Positions 26,627 through 36,845 of a DNA stretch of 64,000 nucleotides are shown piece after piece. The stretch spans positions 1-64,000 of the IMG/VR virus record IMGVR_UViG_3300013121_000020, one strand, 5' to 3'. A program made the translations under genes and the position numbers. The notes below the pieces were generated by a model that ran no database searches, was not told the origin of the DNA, and saw nothing but the letters and a program-made list of their open reading frames with translations. This DNA comes from a virus (taxonomy: Duplodnaviria > Caudoviricetes). Position 1 is the stretch's first letter. The number at the start of each line of letters is the position of its first letter.

Positions 26627-27145
26627 GTGAGTTATAATCCATATTTATTGGTGCCATTGTTAATAGATGGCGTATCAATAGATGGTAGACCAATAGAATT
26701 TGATTCTGCGGTTGCTGATTATAATACAATGAAAAATGCGTTTGGAGAGTATGTTAAACCATCAAAAGTTGTCAGCGTATGTCCAGGTTGCGGCCACGGT
26801 TTAGTTATTGATGTTAAACTTTCAGATCCGCCATTTAGTCCAGTAAAATATTCATGTCAGAGATGCAAACCAACGCCTCCAGCGTTAGTTGATCCATTTA
26901 TGAATCCATTAGTTTCTGGACGTGCACAAATTACTGATCTTGATCCGTTATCTCATAATTTAAATAAACCATTAAATGATAGTGATTCGTTGGTTGGTGA
27001 ACGATTTAAAATTCCAATTAATGATGATTTAGTTTTGGATACTCCAAATAGTATATTACGGTCATTACCGTTAGAAGCGGCTGATGATATTAGTGAAGAA
27101 GTTGAGTTTGATGATAGTGACATGCTGGATATAAACGATGAATAA
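26627..27145 (+). CDS. Zinc-ribbon hypothetical protein
   Basis: CPGCG...CQRC; acidic tail. Confidence 0.6.
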   Translation: MSYNPYLLVPLLIDGVSIDGRPIEFDSAVADYNTMKNAFGEYVKPSKVVSVCPGCGHGLVIDVKLSDPPFSPVKYSCQRCKPTPPALVDPFMNPLVSGRAQITDLDPLSHNLNKPLNDSDSLVGERFKIPINDDLVLDTPNSILRSLPLEAADDISEEVEFDDSDMLDINDE

Positions 27146-28082
27146 TGTCATTTTTGGATCTGGTATTGTCGGCCTTGCAGCAAAATTGATACTTGGTCCA
27201 ACATGGAAATTGGTACCATTCTATAGATCGCGATTTTTTACGTTTAATCCAGCATTAGATGATAATTTTATTATTAGAGATGAACAAACTGATGAATTTA
27301 TAAAGGATGTTACTTCAACAACTCAAGTGTCATTATATCGTAGAGCTTGGAGTGTTGGTGGGCAGTTAGTGTCGTCGTGGGATAAAGGTTTGTGTACGAA
27401 TTGGGCTGCGAAAATTTTTGGGCTTAAAATTCCTCCACAAACAGAACCATATTTTTCAAATCGGATGGATGTGTTCGTTTATAATGTGCGTGTTAATGAA
27501 TTATATAAAAATTTAATGGCAATGAATTTGAATGAACTTCAAACTGAATCGAAAAATGGATTAGTTACAGAAATTGGTGATCATTATTTTATTCGAAATG
27601 GAATAAGAGAAGATTTTGATAATGCTGTTAGCACAATTCCACTTGATGCTATGAATAAATTAATGAATGTAAAAATGGAATTACCATCAAAAGATATTCA
27701 TTATTATCATATTCAAACTAATAGTTTAGATTTTGAGGGTCATAATCAAGTTTTGGTAGTTGATCCAATGTTTAGTTTTTATAAGGCATCCAATATTGCT
27801 CCGCAACGTTTTTTATTTTATTGTCATGATGAAATCCAAAATCCTGGAATTTATTTTATGTCAATTATGCGATCATTTGATATTTTAGATGGTACTTCTG
27901 TTAAATCTGGCTTAACGATGGGACCACCTCCAAATTTAGAATGGTACGAGAATAAAGGTATCTATTGTGTGGGTAGTTACGCACAATGGGATTGGTGTAT
28001 GGATGTCGGTAGTTGCATACTTCGATTACAGAGATATGCTCAACGTGGGTTTAAGCCTTTTAAGAAGGAATTAATTGCATGA
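27138..28082 (+). CDS. FAD-dependent oxidoreductase-like protein (UDP-galactopyranose mutase/HemY-like fold)
   Basis: N-terminal FGSGIVG dinucleotide motif; VSTIPLD; GIYCVGSYAQW. Confidence 0.55.
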   Translation: MNNVIFGSGIVGLAAKLILGPTWKLVPFYRSRFFTFNPALDDNFIIRDEQTDEFIKDVTSTTQVSLYRRAWSVGGQLVSSWDKGLCTNWAAKIFGLKIPPQTEPYFSNRMDVFVYNVRVNELYKNLMAMNLNELQTESKNGLVTEIGDHYFIRNGIREDFDNAVSTIPLDAMNKLMNVKMELPSKDIHYYHIQTNSLDFEGHNQVLVVDPMFSFYKASNIAPQRFLFYCHDEIQNPGIYFMSIMRSFDILDGTSVKSGLTMGPPPNLEWYENKGIYCVGSYAQWDWCMDVGSCILRLQRYAQRGFKPFKKELIA

Positions 28083-28813
28083 TGGTTATTATTCCTGCCA
28101 GATTACAATCAGCACGTCTTCCTCGTAAATTGTTATTAAACGCCACTGGACACCCATTGATTTGGCACACTATTCAACGTGCTTTAAGTGCAGTACATCC
28201 TGAACAAATTGTTGTATTAGCTGATGATAAGAAGATTGTAGATGCGATTGAGTCGTATAATATGGGTATTCGCACAGTTCTTACTGGTCCAGCACATTCT
28301 GGAACCGATAGAATTGTGAATTATATAAATAAAGATTGCTCTCATATGAGTAATGATGATGTTATAGTTAATTTGCAGGGTGATGAACCAGAATTGCCTG
28401 GTGATTGTATCTCTTATGTTGCTGAATTAATTCGTTGCAATGTTTCAAAATATCAAATTGCTAGTTTGATGAATGTTGCTGACCCAAACGAAGCTATGTC
28501 TCCGAATATTGTTAAAGTGGTGGTTGATAAATTAAAATGTGCTATGTATTTTAGCCGATGTCCAATTCCATATGGCGGTCCGTGGCATAAACATATTGGA
28601 GTGTATGCCTATACAGTTGAATTTTTAAGGCATTTATCTACCATGCCGGTTTCGGCTTATATTAATGAAAGATTAGAGCAATTACAATGGCTTGAAAATG
28701 GCTATAAAATCATAATGGGAGCGACTAGTTCTCAACCAGCCGGAATTGACACACACTCTGAATATGCTGAATTTGTAAGGAGATATATTCAAAATCAGCG
28801 ATGGCTAAAATAG
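28079..28813 (+). CDS. kdsB: 3-deoxy-manno-octulosonate cytidylyltransferase (CMP-Kdo synthetase)
   Basis: IIPARLQSARLPRK, SGTDRI, VNLQGDEP, VKVV, YFSRCPIP, KHIGVYAY, ERLEQLQWLENG, GIDT. Confidence 0.9.
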   Translation: MMVIIPARLQSARLPRKLLLNATGHPLIWHTIQRALSAVHPEQIVVLADDKKIVDAIESYNMGIRTVLTGPAHSGTDRIVNYINKDCSHMSNDDVIVNLQGDEPELPGDCISYVAELIRCNVSKYQIASLMNVADPNEAMSPNIVKVVVDKLKCAMYFSRCPIPYGGPWHKHIGVYAYTVEFLRHLSTMPVSAYINERLEQLQWLENGYKIIMGATSSQPAGIDTHSEYAEFVRRYIQNQRWLK

Positions 28814-28821
28814 AGTAAAGA

Positions 28822-29535
28822 ATGATGTCAGAACTTGATGATTTTGATTGGATGAATCATAAGGGTCCAGATCCATCTGTTCGCATAATTAAACCAATTC
28901 CACCAAGCATTATTGGTGCCAATGCTGAAACGCCATATGAACGCAGAATGAGGATGTTAGTTCAATTATCTCAAACTTGTTTAGCATGTTCGATGTGTGA
29001 ACTTGGTTTAAAAATCGCTTATAAAGGGAATCTTGGGCGTGATCCGCACTTGCTTAGTAATTTAAATCCTAAACGATTTATGATTGTTGATCAAAATCCT
29101 GGATGGGCTGAACTTGAAAAACATGAACCATTCATAAACTTTGGCGATATGTTTAATTCTGAAATTGGCTTGTATGGTTTAACACGTAATGATTTTTATA
29201 TTTGTAATATGGTGCGGTGTTTTAGTGATACGCGGCCAACCGCACAACATATAGAACAATGTTCACCATTTTTTCAAATTGAGATTAACATTATTAAACC
29301 AAGATTGGTTATTGCACTTGGGGCTGCTGTGTTTGAACAATTATGTCCTGGTGTGACGTTTTTGGACTCATTGAAAAAGATTACTAAAAGTAATAAATTT
29401 AATATTAATGTGTTTGCAATTTATCACCCGTCTATGTTGAATTTGCAAGACGCAAACCAAGTTGCGTCGTTTAAAGATCAAATTAAAGTTATGTGTGCAT
29501 TAGTTAAAGCAATGATTAAACGCAATTCAGATTAA
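28822..29535 (+). CDS. Uracil-DNA glycosylase, family 4-like (Fe-S)
   Basis: CLACSMC, MIVDQNPG, ICNMVRC, IKPRLVIALG, YHPS. Confidence 0.8.
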   Translation: MMSELDDFDWMNHKGPDPSVRIIKPIPPSIIGANAETPYERRMRMLVQLSQTCLACSMCELGLKIAYKGNLGRDPHLLSNLNPKRFMIVDQNPGWAELEKHEPFINFGDMFNSEIGLYGLTRNDFYICNMVRCFSDTRPTAQHIEQCSPFFQIEINIIKPRLVIALGAAVFEQLCPGVTFLDSLKKITKSNKFNINVFAIYHPSMLNLQDANQVASFKDQIKVMCALVKAMIKRNSD

Positions 29536-29939
29536 CTATTATATGGAAGAAAAACATAATGTGGAGTGCCGTGTTGTTTAACCCTTGATATTATATAGGG
29601 GTTTCCTTTTTCTGCTAGCATATTCTTCATTCTTAGAGTAAATGCAGATGCGCTGGTGATTACGTCTGAAACTATTGCCATTATGGAACTAACTGGTAGG
29701 CCAGTTTCTCCAGCGCTTACAAGAGTGTCGTACGCTTTATTCATAGCTGTAGTTAATTTGGTGTTTGCTTCTTGTGCAGCTTTATCGCGTTCGATTTTAA
29801 CTCTTTGGGTTTCGCGTGCTATGTTGATTGCTTGATCCAGTTCTGCTTTTGCAGATCCTGTTAGTTCGGCAACAGAATTTGCAATAATGTCATCGACACT
29901 GGTTCCAAGATCAACATCTATTATTGTAATTTTAGTCAT
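29532..29939 (-). CDS. Hypothetical protein
   Basis: 135-aa helical ORF. Confidence 0.6.
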   Translation of the reverse strand: MTKITIIDVDLGTSVDDIIANSVAELTGSAKAELDQAINIARETQRVKIERDKAAQEANTKLTTAMNKAYDTLVSAGETGLPVSSIMAIVSDVITSASAFTLRMKNMLAEKGNPYIISRVKQHGTPHYVFLPYNS

Positions 29940-29957
29940 TTTGTCTCGGAGGATGAT

Positions 29958-30737
29958 ATGTTACAATGTGTTTTTTGCGATGCGACTGTTAATTTAAATA
30001 CTCAATTAACTGTTACGCTTGATGATGGATCTAAGATCAGTGTGTTAATATGTGACGCTCACGCCGATGACGCAACAGTTAAAACAGCAAAAGCTGCTTA
30101 TATTGTTAAACAAGATAAAATTAAAGTTGTTATTGAGCAAGCTAGAGCACTTGGATTAAATGTCACTGGTATGGAACAACATGGCCGCATTTTAGTTCCA
30201 ACTGTCACTGTTGCTGCAAAATCGCCACCACCAATTGAACAATCAATTGAGCCAGTTGAATTGAGTGGAGAGCAGGTTATCAATACTGAAATGCTAGATA
30301 GACGAAGCATGCAGTCGGTTGGTGGTGCAACAACAGATTTTGGACATGTTGCAAGTCATTCAAGTTATGATTTTAATGATTTGCAATCTAAATTGCCTGA
30401 TGAAGCACGAAAAGGGAAAGCTAAGATGGCGATGGTTGAGGCAAGAGAAGGGATGCCGATTGCTATTCCAGAAACTCGTGTAGATGGAACTGGCACTACA
30501 AGAATTAGAGTATTGAAAAAAGAGGATGATACTAAATTACAACAGCGTTTTAAGAAAATGGCCGACGATTCTATGAGAGATAAAACTCCAAATTTTGCTC
30601 GTGCTGGTTATCAAAACACGCAGGCGGTATGCCCGATTTGTCAAGGATCGTGTGCTATTCGACAGAATGTTGGTGGCGCAATGAAAGAAGTGACATGTCC
30701 TAAATGTGGTGGTGCTGGTTTGATTTCTATTTCATAG
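29958..30737 (+). CDS. Zinc-binding protein with DnaJ-like Cys repeat
   Basis: CVFC..CDAH; CPICQG..CPKCGGAG; GGAGG RBS. Confidence 0.65.
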   Translation: MLQCVFCDATVNLNTQLTVTLDDGSKISVLICDAHADDATVKTAKAAYIVKQDKIKVVIEQARALGLNVTGMEQHGRILVPTVTVAAKSPPPIEQSIEPVELSGEQVINTEMLDRRSMQSVGGATTDFGHVASHSSYDFNDLQSKLPDEARKGKAKMAMVEAREGMPIAIPETRVDGTGTTRIRVLKKEDDTKLQQRFKKMADDSMRDKTPNFARAGYQNTQAVCPICQGSCAIRQNVGGAMKEVTCPKCGGAGLISIS

Positions 30738-30938
30738 TTGTTCTGGTGTTGTTGGCATTCCAAAAAATTGTCTATGTCTTGGTTTTGTTGGTACTCCAGT
30801 TGCTTGTGTTACGGCTGAGTCTGTAGATGATATATTATCAGCTGGTGGTTGATCTAATTGTGGTGCTAATGGTTCTGTAGCTAATGCCTCATGTGTTTTT
30901 GCAGACATTAGGCTTTCATGTATCCATCGCAATTTCAT
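30732..30938 (-). CDS. Small hypothetical protein (MKL..IHE N-terminus)
   Basis: 68-aa ORF coupled to upstream gene. Confidence 0.5.
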   Translation of the reverse strand: MKLRWIHESLMSAKTHEALATEPLAPQLDQPPADNISSTDSAVTQATGVPTKPRHRQFFGMPTTPEQL

Positions 30939-31531
30939 TAATTGCCCTCGCCATCTTCGGGATCTGTTTCTGAATCGTAACCGTCTTGTGGTAGTGGCGG
31001 TTGTTTCATAGGTGTACGTGCCGGGCTTCCGTCACCATGAGTTGGCTTTTCTATGTTTCGTTTATTTAGACGACGATTTTCCATTTTGAAATCTAGCGGT
31101 TGGTCTGGTTGGCTTAAATTTTTAATTTCGTCTAATGATGGGTTAAATCCACTATCGCGTTCAGACCAGTCTGCTTGTTCAGCGCGTAGTTCATCAATGA
31201 TTGTTGGTATGAATTTCAATGCTTTTTGTCGTTCTGCTGCTGGAACTGCTGTCGAGATCATTTCTCGTTCCATTGCTGGAATGAACGTATGATCGTCTAA
31301 ATATTTATAATTGTGTACTTTTCGAAATGCTTGACATACTGCATCGGAATGCAATAATTCTGCGGCTTTTACCATAAACATGTCGTCAATTTGCTCGTGT
31401 AAATATTCTACACCGCGTTCTGCTTCTAATGATTTATCTGCTGTATGAAAATCTAAACCAAGTTTATGATCTTGGTGTAGCATCGATTTGATGGATTCAA
31501 CTAAACGTTGTTCTGTCTTTGTCAAGGCCAT
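30938..31531 (-). CDS. Hypothetical protein, possibly head-associated
   Basis: GGAGAG RBS; RLVES motif; upstream CAAATATA. Confidence 0.6.
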   Translation of the reverse strand: MALTKTEQRLVESIKSMLHQDHKLGLDFHTADKSLEAERGVEYLHEQIDDMFMVKAAELLHSDAVCQAFRKVHNYKYLDDHTFIPAMEREMISTAVPAAERQKALKFIPTIIDELRAEQADWSERDSGFNPSLDEIKNLSQPDQPLDFKMENRRLNKRNIEKPTHGDGSPARTPMKQPPLPQDGYDSETDPEDGEGN

Positions 31532-31575
31532 TGTAATCTCTCCAAGTCTATTTCTATATTTGACGGTGAATTATA

Positions 31576-31878
31576 ATGAGTAGATTTGAGAAAATTCGGT
31601 TCCAGCAACTAGATCAGGTGCAGATACGTACAACAACAAATGTTAAGTACTTATCTGCACCACCAGGAACAAAGTTAACCCCGAAGGGGGTGTGGTCAGT
31701 AGCTGCTGCGGTTGAAAATGATTTGATTTTGGTAAAACACACTATAATTATTCGGATTCCAGCTACAGATGTGTTAAAAGTTGTTGATTATAACTTGAAC
31801 GAAATTACACAAATTCTTGGTGGATTATTAGATCATGGCGAAAGAAAAAGAGACACCGAAGAAAAAAACAGTTCCTAA
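31576..31878 (+). CDS. Hypothetical protein
   Basis: 100-aa ORF preceding recA. Confidence 0.55.
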   Translation: MSRFEKIRFQQLDQVQIRTTTNVKYLSAPPGTKLTPKGVWSVAAAVENDLILVKHTIIIRIPATDVLKVVDYNLNEITQILGGLLDHGERKRDTEEKNSS

Positions 31879-32971
31879 GACAATTGAAGAACTTACTAAA
31901 GGCATTCAGAAAATTTATGGCGCAGGTGCAATCATGCAAGGACGCAACACGATTGTTCCTGTAGATGTTTTTCCAACTGGTGTTGCTACGATTGATCGTG
32001 CGCTTGGGTGTGGTGGCATACCACAAGGTCGCATAATTGAGTTATTTGGTATGGAATCGTCTGGAAAGACGACAACATGTTTAAAATTTATAGCAGCATG
32101 TCAAGATCATTTTTTCGCTAAAAAGAATAGAAATGGTGTTGCGGCATTCGTAGATGCTGAACACGCATTTGATCCGGTGTGGGCAACAAAATGTGGTGTT
32201 GATGTTGATAAATTATTATTTTCGCAACCTAACTCTGGTGAAGAAGCACTCGATATTGTGCTGCAACTAGCTGAATCAAGTTTAATTGATTTAGTAGTTG
32301 TGGATTCTGTCGCTAATTTGGTTCCCATGAAAGAACTTGATGGTGAGATGGGTGAATCTAGCATTGGCGCACAAGCTAGACTGATGTCCCATGGTCTTAG
32401 AAAGATTAGTGCAAAATTAAATGTTAGTAAGACAACAGTTATATTTATTAATCAAGTGCGTCAGAAAATTGGTATTATGTTCGGATCGCCAGATACGACT
32501 CCTGGTGGATTGGCGTTGAGGTTTTATTCATCTGTGCGTGGAGAGATTAGAAAAGGTCAGCAGCTTAAAGATGGGGATGCGACTGTTGGATTTAGACCAA
32601 CCATTAAGTTTATTAAGAACAAATGTGCTCCACCATTTACTACAGCAGAATTCGATATTTGTGTTGGTCACCCAAAGCGCCCCGTTTGTGGTGTAGACCC
32701 AATTGCTAGTTTGATTGAAGTTGGGAGCGATCTTGGTATTATTGAAAAGTCTTCGAGCTATTTTGTGTTCGAGGATGGCCATAAAGTTAATGGTTTGGTC
32801 GCTGCGATGGGGTATCTACGCAGTAATGCTGAAGCTCAAGCGACATTGAGAGAGAAAATTTACAATATACTTCTAGAAAGGGTTCATTCTGTTGAGCCTA
32901 TAGAAGACGCTGAAGACAGCGATAACGATCTATCCGACGATATTTTGGATGGTATATGTGATGACGACTAA
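31835..32971 (+). CDS. recA: Recombinase RecA (UvsX role)
   Basis: GRIIELFGMESSGKTT, FVDAEHAFDP, SQPNSGEEAL, VVVDSVA, QARLMS, FINQVRQKIG, TPGGLALRFYSS, KNK. Confidence 0.96.
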   Translation: MAKEKETPKKKTVPKTIEELTKGIQKIYGAGAIMQGRNTIVPVDVFPTGVATIDRALGCGGIPQGRIIELFGMESSGKTTTCLKFIAACQDHFFAKKNRNGVAAFVDAEHAFDPVWATKCGVDVDKLLFSQPNSGEEALDIVLQLAESSLIDLVVVDSVANLVPMKELDGEMGESSIGAQARLMSHGLRKISAKLNVSKTTVIFINQVRQKIGIMFGSPDTTPGGLALRFYSSVRGEIRKGQQLKDGDATVGFRPTIKFIKNKCAPPFTTAEFDICVGHPKRPVCGVDPIASLIEVGSDLGIIEKSSSYFVFEDGHKVNGLVAAMGYLRSNAEAQATLREKIYNILLERVHSVEPIEDAEDSDNDLSDDILDGICDDD

Positions 32972-33293
32972 ACCTTTATATGGTCTTGGTGATGTGGTGT
33001 ATCTTAAGGAGTCTGCCGCGCTTGGTTTTATTGAAGCTGTTAGGATAGGTGGTGTGCATCTTGGTAAAGACGGTTGGGTGTATTCAATAAGTACGAGCAT
33101 GGTGCCACCATCTCCTGGTATGTTTCTTGATCGCAGGAGTTTAGTTGGAACTCAGATTTTATTATATACTGAAGATGAGTTAGTTACTGTTTGCGATGCA
33201 TATGTTCTTGCCGAAGCGAACGCTAAAATTCAGTATGAACGAATTAAAGCACAAAGGCAAGCTTTGTGTCCTGATAATCCAACAGCGAGTTAA
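32961..33293 (+). CDS. Hypothetical protein
   Basis: LYGLGDVVYL motif; operonic. Confidence 0.55.
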   Translation: MTTKPLYGLGDVVYLKESAALGFIEAVRIGGVHLGKDGWVYSISTSMVPPSPGMFLDRRSLVGTQILLYTEDELVTVCDAYVLAEANAKIQYERIKAQRQALCPDNPTAS

Positions 33294-33295
33294 TA

Positions 33296-34630
33296 GTGAG
33301 CACATTAGACAGACTTGAAGAATTGACAGATGTTGAAGCGAAGACGCCATTTGGTCCATATCAAGAAGAAGCTATTATATCATTATTTTTTGACCATCCA
33401 GAATTTGCCACATCTTCTGCTCGTTTTATAGCTCCCACACATTTTAGTCGTTTAGAATGTAGATGGGTTATGGCTGAAATTCTCAATTCATTTGAGAAAT
33501 TTAATGTTATTCCCACACGCAAATGGCTAAGAGATTATATGGAGCAAATTGTCACAGAAGATGACAATTATGCTGAAATTTTTCGTCTGATTGATAGAAA
33601 ATCAGAACCACGTGAAACGCCGCTTATTAAGGACACTCTGCTTAAATGGACCAAAGAGCGAGCATATGGGCTTTTATATTCAGATGAAGCTGTAGAAGCA
33701 TATCATCGTGGTGATTTTGCTTATCTTGAGAATATTATACAAGAAGCGAACCGAATCGCGGATGTTGGAACTACTGGGTTGTGGTTTTTTAAGGATATGG
33801 AGACTTTATTTAATCCAGATGTAATTCGCCATCAGACAACAGGTTTTCCAAGGCTTGATAAATTATTGAATAATGGCGGACCATCGCGGAAAGAGGTAGT
33901 ATGTTGGTTAGCTGGGACGAATGTTGGTAAGTCTATTATGTTGTGTAATAATGCAATTTCTTCCTTAAAGGGAGAAAATCAGGACGGTACAGTTGGTCAG
34001 GATGTGTTGTTAGTGACTTTTGAACTTGATACTATTAAAACAGCTATGCGTTGCTTGGCAGCTGCGACTGGAATTAGAACTGATCAGATTGTTGAAAAGC
34101 AAGAATATATTCGACGCACTATTGATGTAATGAGAAATACATATAAGAAAAGATTTTTAATCCATGAGATGCCGCCAGATGAATGTTCTGTTAATCATAT
34201 TTATGCATTGATAGATAATTTGAAACGTATAGAGGGTTGGAAACCAGATGTTATAATTCTTGATTATATGGATTTGATGGTTAGCCGAAATCCAGCATAT
34301 AATAAAGATGATTATACTAGACAGAAACATGTCGCGAATGAGATTCGTGGGTTAGCGAAAAATGAACAGGCACTTGTGTTTACCGCAACACAAACAAATC
34401 GTAGTGGAGCCAGTGGTGAAGAAATTGTCGATCTGACGAAAGCTGCAGAGAGTTTTGGAAAACAATTTTCTCTTGATTATGTGATAAGCCTTAATCAAAG
34501 TCACACTGATCGATCACAGTCACCACCACGTATTCGCTTGTTTATTGCTAAAAATAGAAATGGTCCGAAGCATGAAACATTAACATGTACGATTAATTAT
34601 GACACAATGGTTGTGAAAGAATTGATTTAA
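33296..34630 (+). CDS. Replicative helicase, DnaB/T4 gp41-like
   Basis: TTGFPRLD, Walker A AGTNVGKS, IILDYMDL, TATQTNR, AESF, IAKNRNG. Confidence 0.9.
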   Translation: MSTLDRLEELTDVEAKTPFGPYQEEAIISLFFDHPEFATSSARFIAPTHFSRLECRWVMAEILNSFEKFNVIPTRKWLRDYMEQIVTEDDNYAEIFRLIDRKSEPRETPLIKDTLLKWTKERAYGLLYSDEAVEAYHRGDFAYLENIIQEANRIADVGTTGLWFFKDMETLFNPDVIRHQTTGFPRLDKLLNNGGPSRKEVVCWLAGTNVGKSIMLCNNAISSLKGENQDGTVGQDVLLVTFELDTIKTAMRCLAAATGIRTDQIVEKQEYIRRTIDVMRNTYKKRFLIHEMPPDECSVNHIYALIDNLKRIEGWKPDVIILDYMDLMVSRNPAYNKDDYTRQKHVANEIRGLAKNEQALVFTATQTNRSGASGEEIVDLTKAAESFGKQFSLDYVISLNQSHTDRSQSPPRIRLFIAKNRNGPKHETLTCTINYDTMVVKELI

Positions 34631-34683
34631 CGACCACGCATCGGTTTTAGTACTTAGATAACACCATTTTAACGGAGACAATC

Positions 34684-35115
34684 ATGGCAATGCCTAAGAG
34701 TCAAAAATTGTTGCGAGACGAAGCTGCTAAATCTAAGCATGATGTTGCAGATACTATTCCGATTCCGGTGCTGGCGTCTGGTGAACCGCTAAAAATTAAA
34801 GAAATTAAATGCTGCAACGATTTTGTGGCCATATTACAATTTCGTATGCAGTCAAGTTTGGAATTGGGTGATACTGGTTATAAACAAGAAGGAATGGTTG
34901 TTGGTGTTGGTCCTGGATTACCAACGGCATCTGGAGCCAGATGCCCTTCGCAATTGTCGATTGGCGATGTTGTGACATTTTTCGGAAATCCAACATTGAC
35001 TTTAGAACCAAGAAATGGGTTATATAGTGGTCGCAAAATTGTAATTATACCAGAACGATCGTTTATTTGCCATTTGCCAAAAATTCCATATGAAGTGTGT
35101 GATGAAAATAAGTGA
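34684..35115 (+). CDS. groES: Co-chaperonin GroES/Cpn10-like (gp31 role)
   Basis: DFVAI..KQEGMVVGVGPG...LSIGDVVTF..IIPERSFIC. Confidence 0.7.
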   Translation: MAMPKSQKLLRDEAAKSKHDVADTIPIPVLASGEPLKIKEIKCCNDFVAILQFRMQSSLELGDTGYKQEGMVVGVGPGLPTASGARCPSQLSIGDVVTFFGNPTLTLEPRNGLYSGRKIVIIPERSFICHLPKIPYEVCDENK

Positions 35116-35126
35116 ACGGAGTTGCA

Positions 35127-35591
35127 ATGTCTAATTTTATAGCTGTATGTCATGATTGCGAACGAAAAGCCAATAGAAAGGCTAAGCGTTGCAAGAGTGA
35201 ATTGACAATTAAAGAAATTGAAGAACTAATTCTTTTTGAAACAGAACATTCGATTACCGCTACGGAAGATGAAATTCGAGAAGCGTTGACATGCCCACGT
35301 TGTGGTGGGGTCAATTGTGAAAAGACTTTTCTTGGTTATAATGTGACTGGCTATGTTCGTGGTAATGGATATTTAGATCGTGCTGGTGCTACCCGCGATA
35401 TGCATATGTTTCATCTTACTCAGGATGATCCATATGCTCAATATCGTGTCCCTGGCGAAGTTGAAGAAATGAAGACGAAAATTAAGAAAGCTGGTCAGCA
35501 TAACCCAAAACGTAAGCATTATGATGTTAAAACAAGAAAATCAATGGAAAAAGCTGTAAAGAAAGTTGCTTCTACTCCTCCAATATCTTAA
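35127..35591 (+). CDS. FmdB-like zinc-ribbon protein
   Basis: CHDC...CPRCGG. Confidence 0.55.
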   Translation: MSNFIAVCHDCERKANRKAKRCKSELTIKEIEELILFETEHSITATEDEIREALTCPRCGGVNCEKTFLGYNVTGYVRGNGYLDRAGATRDMHMFHLTQDDPYAQYRVPGEVEEMKTKIKKAGQHNPKRKHYDVKTRKSMEKAVKKVASTPPIS

Positions 35592-35615
35592 TTGTGTTCA
35601 TTTTGTATTTTGGTG

Positions 35616-36845
35616 ATGATGCGTGATCTTTTCATATACACTTTATTTGATAAACAAGGAAGACCCAGATGTACTGGCGTTAAAGTTGGCAATGATATTA
35701 AAATATACGAATTGTTTAGACCGGGTGATAGGAAAACTATTGCGACAATTAATAAGCATCGAAAATTGATTCGTGCGTTAATAATTAATGCAAATCAAAA
35801 ATGTCGAGTTATTATTTCAGATTTTAAAAGTCACATTTCAGCATTTGATCTACCATTAGAATTACAACAATATAATATATATGATCTTCATTTGCCAGAT
35901 TTTTCATGCTCTGATTCGGTGCATAAAGATATTGAAATTGTGAAAAAAGTCTTGTATAAAATGAGTAATAGTCGTATCAGTGAGTATCAAAAGATATATG
36001 CTAATGCTGCAGTTGTGTACCAAGATCTTCAAAATCGCGGTCTAAAAAATAATTATAATGATGTTTTTCCAATTTGGTCACAGAAGACTTTTTCCGGTCG
36101 TTCAAAAACTACAGGGTTTAATATTCAGGGATATACAGAACCATTTCAAATTTTACCACCAAATGTTGATGATAAATCGGTACTAATTCATTTTGATTGG
36201 ATTTGTGCTGATATACGTGTTGCATCATTATTATCTGGTGACGTTGAATTACAGAATTCGTTTGTCAGTTCTGATCCATATACTTACATGATGAAGATTA
36301 TTAATAGTAATTCTACACAACAAATCACACGTGACGAATGTAAGATATTCTTATTAAAAGCTATTAATTCGATGGAATTTGACAACATCGCGTTGACGAG
36401 TATTTATCCTACACTTGGTGATTGGATAATCAAAAGTGGTGTTACAATCGATCAAGTTGGTGGTTATTTAGAAACAATTTTAGGTCGAAGATTTAGGATG
36501 GCGCATGTTAAATCTGCTAAAAATGGTAGATTGGCTGTTTTGAATGGTGCTATGCAAGGATCTGTTGCCAATGGAATGCAAAATGTTGTTCGACGTGTCT
36601 GGGAAAAATTGCGTAACAGGATTGTTGCTGAAATTCATGACTCACTTATAGTATCCTCAGCACCAACAAACCAGGAAATTAAATCAACCATTGATACTGT
36701 AACCAAAATAATGTTATATCCTTTTGATGGATTATTGCCTAGCAACCCATCGTTTCCATTGAAAGTAAGTATTGGTAAAAAATGGCGTAAATGGAAATTG
36801 TTTGCAATATATCGCCACAGTGGAGTAGAATATGTCAAAGTCTGA
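35616..36845 (+). CDS. Minimal, divergent family-A DNA polymerase (polymerase domain only)
   Basis: TFSGRS..FNIQG, motif A FDWICADIRV..LSGD, motif B RDECK, GYLETILGRR, LNGAMQGSVA, motif C EIHDSL. Confidence 0.8.
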   Translation: MMRDLFIYTLFDKQGRPRCTGVKVGNDIKIYELFRPGDRKTIATINKHRKLIRALIINANQKCRVIISDFKSHISAFDLPLELQQYNIYDLHLPDFSCSDSVHKDIEIVKKVLYKMSNSRISEYQKIYANAAVVYQDLQNRGLKNNYNDVFPIWSQKTFSGRSKTTGFNIQGYTEPFQILPPNVDDKSVLIHFDWICADIRVASLLSGDVELQNSFVSSDPYTYMMKIINSNSTQQITRDECKIFLLKAINSMEFDNIALTSIYPTLGDWIIKSGVTIDQVGGYLETILGRRFRMAHVKSAKNGRLAVLNGAMQGSVANGMQNVVRRVWEKLRNRIVAEIHDSLIVSSAPTNQEIKSTIDTVTKIMLYPFDGLLPSNPSFPLKVSIGKKWRKWKLFAIYRHSGVEYVKV

